From: an uncultured Acidobacteriota bacterium
GTDB lineage: Bacteria > Acidobacteriota > Vicinamibacteria > Vicinamibacterales > 2-12-FULL-66-21
DNA length: 64,000 nucleotides
Assembly (NCBI GenBank): GCA_963834305.1
Contig: CAWIAX010000003.1
Coordinates: 1,024,661 to 1,088,660 of the forward strand
Direction: 5' to 3'
Position 1 is the stretch's first letter, and each line of letters begins with the position of its first letter. Below, piece by piece: positions 57,028 to 64,000 of this stretch. The position numbers were made by a program, and so were the translations under genes. The notes under the pieces were generated by a model. The model was not told the DNA's origin and did not search any database. It worked only from the letters and a program-made list of their open reading frames with translations.

Positions 57028-58434
57028 CTAGACCGTCCATGGCGCCCGCATCGCCCGCTGGCGCATGCGATTGGCCATCTCGTCGCCGATGAACTCTTCC
57101 TTGATCGGATCCCACTTCTGCGTACGGCCCGTCCAGGTGGCGATGTTCGCCAGGTGCGCGACATTCGTTGATCGCGTCGCGGCCTCGACATGCGACACCG
57201 GCTGCGTGCGGAGCCGAATCGCTTGAATCCAGTTGTCGTGGTGCGCATAGCCGCGCGCCCGATAGATCTGCTCGGCCAGGTCCTGCGGTGAGGTCGCACC
57301 GGTCTTGGCGTCCGGCTTGGCCAGTGGCTCAGGCGGCGTCAGCAACACGTCGGCAAGGATCTCCGGGCGAGAGGCCTTCAGCGGGCCCTCACGTCCGGCG
57401 ACAATCCATCCGCGGTCGCCGACGAACAGGATCTGCCAGCTGAAGCGCGTCGCCGGATCGAAGCCCGCTGGAATGTCCTGGAACTTGGGATTGAGCTGGC
57501 CCTGGAACGACTGCACGAGGACGCCGTTTGCGTACTTGTAGTCGATGATCCGGCGCTCGGGCGTCCCGGGAACAACCTCAATGGGGCCGCTGTCGTCCAT
57601 GCCCATCACCCACTGCGCGATATCCAGGTGATGCGAGCCATTGGACGTGACGCTGCCGCCCGCGAAATCCCGCTGGATATCCCACGGGACGGTTCGGGAG
57701 CCGCGTTGACCGACCGGGTGATAGCGGCTGTTGAACGGATGGTAGGGCGACGGGCCCAACCACATATCCCAGTCGAGGCCCGGAGGAGGAGTCTCGGGTG
57801 GAAGATTGAGGGCCTGGCTGGTCCCGAACCAGTGGCAGTAGATGTTCTTCAGCGCCCCGATCCGGCCGTTCTGAATGAGGCGGCGGGCGGTGGCGAAGTC
57901 GTCGACGGAGCGTTGCTGGAAGCCCCCCTGGAAAATCCGATTATGGCGGCGGAAGGTGTCGACCATGACCCGCGATTCATGAATCGTCAGGGAAACCGGC
58001 TTCTCGCAGTAGACGTCCTTGCCGGCCCGTGCGGCCATCGTCGAGATGACCGCATGCCACCGGTCGCCGGTGGCGATCAGGACGGCATCGATGTCGGGAC
58101 GCGCCAGGATCTCGCGGAAGTCCCTGGTGGCCATGGTGCCTTTGTAGTTGCCGCGCTTGGTTTCGGCCGAGTAGGCGGTTTCGACCGTGTCGCGCGCGTC
58201 GTTCATGCGCCATTCGTCGACGTCGCACACGGCGACCACCTGAAGGTCCGGGTTGCTGACCATTCGCCGGAGGTTTCCGTTCCCCATGATGCCGACGCCG
58301 ATGGACGCGACGTTGATCCGCTCGCTCGCCGCCTTCAGGCCGATCCTCGGCAGGACCCACGGCGCCGCGAGCAGTCCAGCTCCCTGTTTCAGCAGCGTCC
58401 GGCGGTCCATTCCACTCTTCAGCCCACTACCCAT
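57028..58434 (-). CDS. Tat-exported Gfo/Idh/MocA oxidoreductase with DxxTGAT insert
   Basis: DRRTLLK; IGVGIMG; VYCEKP; HHLD; DAKTGAT at 57292-57312. Confidence 0.93.
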   Translation of the reverse strand: MGSGLKSGMDRRTLLKQGAGLLAAPWVLPRIGLKAASERINVASIGVGIMGNGNLRRMVSNPDLQVVAVCDVDEWRMNDARDTVETAYSAETKRGNYKGTMATRDFREILARPDIDAVLIATGDRWHAVISTMAARAGKDVYCEKPVSLTIHESRVMVDTFRRHNRIFQGGFQQRSVDDFATARRLIQNGRIGALKNIYCHWFGTSQALNLPPETPPPGLDWDMWLGPSPYHPFNSRYHPVGQRGSRTVPWDIQRDFAGGSVTSNGSHHLDIAQWVMGMDDSGPIEVVPGTPERRIIDYKYANGVLVQSFQGQLNPKFQDIPAGFDPATRFSWQILFVGDRGWIVAGREGPLKASRPEILADVLLTPPEPLAKPDAKTGATSPQDLAEQIYRARGYAHHDNWIQAIRLRTQPVSHVEAATRSTNVAHLANIATWTGRTQKWDPIKEEFIGDEMANRMRQRAMRAPWTV

Positions 58435-58566
58435 CGTCGATTTCCCTTCTCTCAGATGAGCGCACCGAGCGCTGTTCAGCGAGCCCGCTGCACCTCGCCG
58501 GGCGGCAGCAGATGAATCCTTGCTGGTTCGCTGCGCTATATCTCTGGGGGGCACGCGGTTCCATGC

Positions 58567-58581
58567 TTGCGTATGGCGAAA
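58567..58581. promoter_or_regulatory. IclR-type operator, site 4
   Basis: TTGCGTATGGCGAAA, downstream of the minus-strand promoter. Confidence 0.6.
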
Positions 58582-58607
58582 ACAGCCTTGCACACATGGA
58601 CCCGCAC

Positions 58608-58637
58608 ACTATAGTGACGCGGTTTCACGACTGTCAA
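58608..58637 (-). promoter_or_regulatory. Sigma70 promoter for the Gfo-HEAT-apbE operon
   Basis: Minus strand TTGACA-N18-TATAGT. Confidence 0.72.
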
Positions 58638-58791
58638 GGGCAGGCCATCACCCAGCGTCTGAACTCTCGATACTGCCCTTCCCGTGAGGATCTCGATCCC
58701 CATGGCAATACGGCGGACAATCACGACATCGCTCCGCTGCTCGCCTTCGTGCGTTCATAGCTCTTAGCGAACCCCTGCGCCCAAGGCAGGC

Positions 58792-59973
58792 TCACCCCAC
58801 GTCGTCGGGGTGCCAGAGGGTAGCGGCGATGTAGCGCTCGGGCCCGGTCGCGTCGTTGTAGTAGTACGCCGTCACGAGCCGGCCGTCGGGCCTGACGACT
58901 GTCCGGGGGTAGCCGAGGTCCCAGTCGTGCCCGTCGGCTCGCAGCGCGCGGGGGGCGGACCAGCTGCGGCCTTCGTCGGGGCTCAGGACGAAGCGGATGC
59001 CGAACGGCGCCGCGCGGTAGCCGTACACGGCGCACAGCCGTCCATCGCGCAGCCGCGTCAGGCTGGCGGGATTGCCGCGGCCGGTGTCGGCGGCCACGAT
59101 CTCGCCGCCGCGCCACGAGCGGCCGCCATCATCTGACCGGTAGCCCTCGAGCAGGCTGTGATCGCCTTCGCGCCGGCGGATCACGGTATAGAGCGACTCC
59201 CCCTCGGGGCGGACGGTGGCCGGCATGATGCGGTAGCCAGCGGTCTCCGGTCCGATCCAGCCGAGACGCGCCCACGTCTGCCCGCCGTCGCGAGTCCGGA
59301 CGGCCATCGGCCGGCCTTCCTGTCCATTCGTCTTGTACGCGGTGAGGAACACGAGGAGGTCGTGACGGCCGAGCACGACGTAATCGGTGCGCGGGTCGAG
59401 GCCCGGTGTGTCGAAGGCGGGCACCAGGAAGGGTCCCTCCCAGCTTCGGGCGCGATCGGTCGACACGAAGAGCCACGCACCCGTCATCCCCTGCGCGGCC
59501 CGGAAGGTCAGCGCCAGGCCCGGCGCGGTGAAGTCGATCGGCGTTTCCGGTTTGCGGACGACGGGCGGCGTTGGCGCGGTGCCGCCGCGGGCGAGGCGTT
59601 CTTTGCGCCACGCTGGCTGGATCAGGGCGGCCGGGGGATCGAGGGCCCAGTGGCGTCCGCCGTCGGTGCTGCGCGCGAACACGTGCGCTTCGGGAGCGCT
59701 GCGGTCGATGGGATGGCGTTCGGTCACGCCCGGCACGAGCTGCCCGGCGGTGAAGCCGCACACCACCTCGTCGCCCCAGGCCCAGATGCCGTGATTGGCC
59801 GGCCAGCCGCCGTAGCGGCCGGCCTCACGCCAGACGGTCACGTGCTCGACGGCCGCGGCCGCGAGCCCGGCGGTGTGTCGCAGCATCGCGGCAGCCCCTG
59901 CGGCGGCACCGCAGCGGGCGATGAACTGCCGGCGGGTGGCCCGCGCGTGCGCCCTTCCAACGGTCGGTCTCAT
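58792..59973 (-). CDS. Tat-exported BNR/sialidase-fold protein
   Basis: TRRQFI; Asp-boxes STDGGRHW, TRDGGQTW, SDDGGRSW, SPDEGRSW; DLGYP. Confidence 0.87.
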   Translation of the reverse strand: MRPTVGRAHARATRRQFIARCGAAAGAAAMLRHTAGLAAAAVEHVTVWREAGRYGGWPANHGIWAWGDEVVCGFTAGQLVPGVTERHPIDRSAPEAHVFARSTDGGRHWALDPPAALIQPAWRKERLARGGTAPTPPVVRKPETPIDFTAPGLALTFRAAQGMTGAWLFVSTDRARSWEGPFLVPAFDTPGLDPRTDYVVLGRHDLLVFLTAYKTNGQEGRPMAVRTRDGGQTWARLGWIGPETAGYRIMPATVRPEGESLYTVIRRREGDHSLLEGYRSDDGGRSWRGGEIVAADTGRGNPASLTRLRDGRLCAVYGYRAAPFGIRFVLSPDEGRSWSAPRALRADGHDWDLGYPRTVVRPDGRLVTAYYYNDATGPERYIAATLWHPDDVG

Positions 59974-59976
59974 CGC

Positions 59977-61311
59977 TCAGTCCCTCGCGGCGTCGCTCCC
60001 GGCTGATCCCCCGCGGACCCACGCCTCGCTGAACGACATATGACGGATGGTCTTCAGGTTGTCGGAGAAGGTGACGTGCAGGGTCCCATCGCGCGCCTGG
60101 ATGATCGACGGGTAGTCGAAACGTTCGCCCGGCGCGTGCACCAGCTGCCGGCGGGCGCTCCAGGTGCGTCCCTCGTCGGTGGAGAGCGAGATGGCCAGCC
60201 GGTCGCGCTCCCGTCCGGTCTGATCGTTGTAGACGACGACCAGTGCGCCGCTGCGCAGGACGAGCGCCTCGATCCCGCCTGAGGGATTCGGCAGCCCGCT
60301 CGACGCGGCCTCGCTCCACGTGCGTCCACCGTCGGCAGAGTCGCTGCGCGCGATCTGGCCGGTGCCGCGCGCGTCGCGGAAGAAAGCGGCGAGGCGCCCG
60401 CCCGGCAGCTTTACGACCGACGGCTGGATGACCCCGAGGGTCGGCACCGGCGCCGACCAGGTCCAGCGGGCGCCGCCGTCGTGCGCGAGCGCCATTGCCG
60501 CGAGGTTGAAGTTTTCGTTCGCGAGCGGCACGAGCACGGTGCCATCGTCCAGCACGATCGGGTGCGTGCGTGGCATCCAGCCGAGGCGGCGGTTGAAGGG
60601 ATCGGCCAGGCGCTCGACGAGTGCGGTAGCGCGCGCGGCGACCTCGGTGGTGCGCCCCTCGCCGAGCCGCGCCTTCTCGGCGGCGGCGGCCACCGTCTGC
60701 AGGAGCCCGGGGGGGCGCGGCAGGAGGGTGTGCGACGCGTCCCAGCGCGGCGTGGCGTCGCGGTCGTAATCGGACGACACCAGCGCCCGCGTCAGCGCGC
60801 TGCCCCACGCCAGGTCGGGCACGCCAAGCAGTGTCGCGTGCACGAGCCACAGCCGGCCGTCGCGATCGATGGCCAGCGCCGGGTTGTTGTCGGGCACGCC
60901 GGCAGTGTCGGCCAGCGTGTACGGCGTGCTCCAGGCTGCCTGCCCTGGCGCACGCCGGGCGCCGGCAATGCGGACGTCCTCGCGCTTGTCGCGGTCCTGC
61001 CCCTCAAACGGCCCGGCGCCGTCGGGGTCGGCATTTTCGTACCAGGCGGCCAGGAGCGCGCCCGAGGGTGTCTCGACGATCGAGGACGCGTGAACGTGGC
61101 CGCGATTCCCGGTGAAGATGACACTGCTCGTGAGCCCGGCCGCACTGGATGCCGGTGCCTGGGACTGTGTGTCAGCGCGGAGCGTGGCGAGGATGCCCGG
61201 GGCCGTGGCTGCGGCTCCGGCGCAGGCCGCCAGAGCGGCCAGCATCACGCCGCACGCACCGGACGACCCGAGGACGGCCCGACCCGCTCGTCCGTCCCGC
61301 CCCGCGCTCAT
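59977..61311 (-). CDS. BNR exo-alpha-sialidase-like protein
   Basis: HVHASSIVE, SADGGRTW, STDEGRTW, FDYPSIIQ. Confidence 0.87.
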   Translation of the reverse strand: MSAGRDGRAGRAVLGSSGACGVMLAALAACAGAAATAPGILATLRADTQSQAPASSAAGLTSSVIFTGNRGHVHASSIVETPSGALLAAWYENADPDGAGPFEGQDRDKREDVRIAGARRAPGQAAWSTPYTLADTAGVPDNNPALAIDRDGRLWLVHATLLGVPDLAWGSALTRALVSSDYDRDATPRWDASHTLLPRPPGLLQTVAAAAEKARLGEGRTTEVAARATALVERLADPFNRRLGWMPRTHPIVLDDGTVLVPLANENFNLAAMALAHDGGARWTWSAPVPTLGVIQPSVVKLPGGRLAAFFRDARGTGQIARSDSADGGRTWSEAASSGLPNPSGGIEALVLRSGALVVVYNDQTGRERDRLAISLSTDEGRTWSARRQLVHAPGERFDYPSIIQARDGTLHVTFSDNLKTIRHMSFSEAWVRGGSAGSDAARD

Positions 61312-62270
61312 GGCCGCGCCGCGGCCGGCTGCCCCACGGCGGCGCGGACCCGGTCCAGCCAGCCGGGCAGCCACGCGGCGTACTCGCGCATCTGCGGCAC
61401 GCGCGACGGGGCGACGGGCAGCGGCGGCGGCCCGACGTCGATCCCGCGCGCCTGCAGCCCGAGCCGGATGCCCCACGGCGTGGGAAACCCGCTCATCTTC
61501 GCAATCAGCTCGCGCAGCAGCGCGTAGAGCGGCGCCACGGCGGCCTGGTCGTGCTCCCGCCCCGCGCGCGTGAGCGCCACCAGCAGTTCGGGGCACAGGC
61601 CCGCGCACCCCGAGACGGCGCCGTCCCAGCCGGCGGCCAGCGCCTCGGGCAGCACATTGTCGTCGCCGACGATGAGGCGCCACGGCCGGCTGCCCCGGGC
61701 CTCGGCCAGCGTGGCGATCCGGTCGCGCTGGCCGCTGCTGTCCTTGATGCCGGCGATCGACGAGTCCTCCGACAACAGCTCGAGCACGGTGGCGGTGGCC
61801 AGCGGCGTGGTGAAGTCGGGCAGGTCGTAGAGCAGCACGGGTCCGCCGACGGCGGCGGCTGTCGTGCGGCAGAACGCCGCCAGATCCTCCTGCGCGTAGC
61901 GGAAGAACAGCGGCATCGACAGCAGCACCGCGCGGGCACCGGCCGAGAACGAGGCCAGGCCGAGCGGTACGACGTCGGCGGGGGACGCGGCGCCGACCCC
62001 GACCAGCAGCGTGCGCGAGCCGACGCGGCGGGCGGCCTGCTTGATCAGCGCCTCGCGCTCCTGGCGCGTGGCGTGGGCGTATTCGGCTGTCGCCCCGCCC
62101 AGGCACACGCCGTCCACGCCGGCGCCGAGCAGCAGGTCGAGGAGGCGGGCAAAGGCGTCGCTGTCGATCGCGCCCGACGCGGTGCGCGGGGTGACGGCGG
62201 CGGCGAACAGGCCGGTGAGCGGTGGGGGAGCCGGCTCCCCCACCTGCGGAGTGGTCATGTCGGGCGACAC
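61308..62270 (-). CDS. DHDPS / N-acetylneuraminate lyase family class I aldolase
   Basis: GGATAE (variant of GxTGE), LLYDLP, GIKDSSG. Confidence 0.88.
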   Translation of the reverse strand: MSPDMTTPQVGEPAPPPLTGLFAAAVTPRTASGAIDSDAFARLLDLLLGAGVDGVCLGGATAEYAHATRQEREALIKQAARRVGSRTLLVGVGAASPADVVPLGLASFSAGARAVLLSMPLFFRYAQEDLAAFCRTTAAAVGGPVLLYDLPDFTTPLATATVLELLSEDSSIAGIKDSSGQRDRIATLAEARGSRPWRLIVGDDNVLPEALAAGWDGAVSGCAGLCPELLVALTRAGREHDQAAVAPLYALLRELIAKMSGFPTPWGIRLGLQARGIDVGPPPLPVAPSRVPQMREYAAWLPGWLDRVRAAVGQPAAARP

Positions 62271-62283
62271 GGCGGCGCGCTCC

Positions 62284-64000
62284 CTAGAACCAGGCCCGCA
62301 GCGCGAACTGCAGAATGCGCGGATCGCCGGCCGACAGGATGCGCCCGAAGTTGGCCGACGAGCGGTTGCCCTCGGGCAGGTTGAAGTTCGCGCGGTTGAG
62401 CGCGTTGAACGCCTCGGCGCGGAACTGCAGGCGCATGCGGTCGCTCAGGTTGAACGTCTTGTGCAGCCCGAGGTCGAGCGCCGCGTAGCCCGGGCCGTAC
62501 AGCGAGTTGCGGCCCGAGTTGCCGAAGGTCCCGAGGGCGTTGGGCGCGTAGGCCGCGGTGTTGAACCACTGGCGGATGCGCTCGGCGGTGGGTCGGTCGG
62601 AGGCCAGCGACGGATCGCCCACCACGTCGGCGAGCTGCCCGCCCGTGCCCGAGCGCGCGTTGTCCACGCCGCTCGAGACCGAGAACGGCGTGCCGCTCTG
62701 CACCGTCAGGATGCCGGTCAGCGACCAGCGCGCCAGCGCCGCCTCGAGCACCGGGTTGCCGTAGCTGCCCGGGAGCTCCCACAGCACCGAGGTCACCGAA
62801 CGGTGCCGGCGGTCGAAGTTGGCCGGGCCGTAGTCGAACTCGACGTCGAACGGGTTGGTCGCGGTGCCGCCGTTCTGCTTGTTCTCCGAGGAGGTGTCGG
62901 TCGCCTTGCCCAGCGTGTAGTTGGTCAGGACGGACAGGCCGCGGCTCAGCCGCTTGTCGAGCGTCACCTGCAGCGAGTGGTACTCCGAGCGGCCGAGCGG
63001 CTCGATGCTCGTGATGTTGCCGTAGAGCGGGAACAGCGGCCGCCGGTTGTTGGTCGTTGCCGTCGTGGCGCCGGGCTCGTAGATCGCCGGGTTGCGCTCG
63101 ACGCCGATCGCCAGGTGATCGCCGCGCGATCCGGCATAGGCGACTCGCAGCAGCCACGTCGGGAACAGCTCGCGCTCGACCGTGGTGTGCCACGACTGCA
63201 TCCGGCCGCTCTGCATGTCCGCGCTGTAGCTGAAGGCGTTGAACGGCAGGACGAACGCCACGTCCGACGGCACGTTGAAGATGTCCACCGGGAACGGGTT
63301 CTGCTGCCCGGCGTACGGGTTGGTCATGTCGTTGGCGGCGTTGCCGTTGACCCGGACGACGGTGCCGAACGGGCCCTGCGTCGCGGCGCTGTTGGTCGTG
63401 ATGGTGTTGGGCTTGTCGTAGAAGACGCCGTAGCCGGCGCGCAGGCTGGTCCTGCCGTCGCCGAACAGGTCGTAGGCAAAGCCGAGGCGCGGCCCGAACA
63501 GCGCCAGGCTCTTCTCGTAGCCGCCGTCGGGCAGGCCCGGGTCGCCGGGATAGAGCATGCCGACCGGGGCGTTGCTGTAGACCGTGGACTGCTGGCCCGG
63601 CCGGTAGCCGGCGAGGCGGCCGTTGACGTCCGTGTACGGAATGTTCGGATCCCAACGCAGGCCGAGGTTGAGCGTCAGCCGCGGGTTGACGCGGAAGGTG
63701 TCCTCGACGAACGCCGCCAGGTAGTGGAACCGCGTGTTCTTGTACTCCCCGACGCCCTGCTCGAACTGCTGGAACTTGCCGAGCATGAAGTCGGTGAGCG
63801 CATCCCCGGTGAACGGCGCCGACTGGTTGAAGGTGTAGCGGCCGTTGGCGCGGAAGTTGTTGACGATGTCCCCCTGGCCGTAGCTGTAGTCGACGCCGGT
63901 CGTGATCTCGTGGCGTCCCTTGCTCCAGCGCAGCGTGTTGACGAACTGCACCTCGTCGCGGTTGAACTGGTTGGTGTCGCCGGTGTTGATGCCGAACCAC
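62284..64000 (-). CDS. Oar-type TonB-dependent receptor, C-terminal part (starts beyond window)
   Basis: LNLGLRWD, GPRLGFAYD, QFRAEAFNALN, LQFALRAWF*. Confidence 0.92.
   Translation of the reverse strand, partial: WFGINTGDTNQFNRDEVQFVNTLRWSKGRHEITTGVDYSYGQGDIVNNFRANGRYTFNQSAPFTGDALTDFMLGKFQQFEQGVGEYKNTRFHYLAAFVEDTFRVNPRLTLNLGLRWDPNIPYTDVNGRLAGYRPGQQSTVYSNAPVGMLYPGDPGLPDGGYEKSLALFGPRLGFAYDLFGDGRTSLRAGYGVFYDKPNTITTNSAATQGPFGTVVRVNGNAANDMTNPYAGQQNPFPVDIFNVPSDVAFVLPFNAFSYSADMQSGRMQSWHTTVERELFPTWLLRVAYAGSRGDHLAIGVERNPAIYEPGATTATTNNRRPLFPLYGNITSIEPLGRSEYHSLQVTLDKRLSRGLSVLTNYTLGKATDTSSENKQNGGTATNPFDVEFDYGPANFDRRHRSVTSVLWELPGSYGNPVLEAALARWSLTGILTVQSGTPFSVSSGVDNARSGTGGQLADVVGDPSLASDRPTAERIRQWFNTAAYAPNALGTFGNSGRNSLYGPGYAALDLGLHKTFNLSDRMRLQFRAEAFNALNRANFNLPEGNRSSANFGRILSAGDPRILQFALRAWF

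Overview
GC-rich bacterial chromosomal segment. Gene style (Oar-type TonB receptors with carboxypeptidase-regulatory N-domains, wHTH-TolB regulator, ThuA/PQQ-like/Gfo-Idh-MocA genes, Gly/Arg-rich inserts) suggests an Acidobacteriota (Vicinamibacteria-like) genome; this is inference only. Many genes are split by single-base indels, most likely long-read errors. Contents in order: sulfatase end; a di-heme protein plus secreted partner divergent from a membrane wHTH-TolB regulator; a GMC dehydrogenase pair; a His-rich RAPP-ending leader ORF before a czcCBA-like RND pump and CDF transporter; a TetR/ABA4-like module; a ~4.3 kb segment (beta-barrel remnant, M16 peptidase pair) bracketed by a duplicated sialidase 3' end; a BNR/aldolase/TctCBA catabolic locus; an orphan HigA; and a ~31 kb region with three TonB receptors and sugar-redox genes. 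No rRNA, tRNA, CRISPR, integrase or transposase was recognised. Best candidates for a new system: (1) a Tat-exported Gfo/Idh/MocA oxidoreductase carrying an inserted ApbE flavinylation motif (DAKTGAT) in one operon with a HEAT protein and apbE, within a four-site IclR-type regulon; (2) a His-rich RAPP arrest-peptide-like leader in front of a metal efflux operon.
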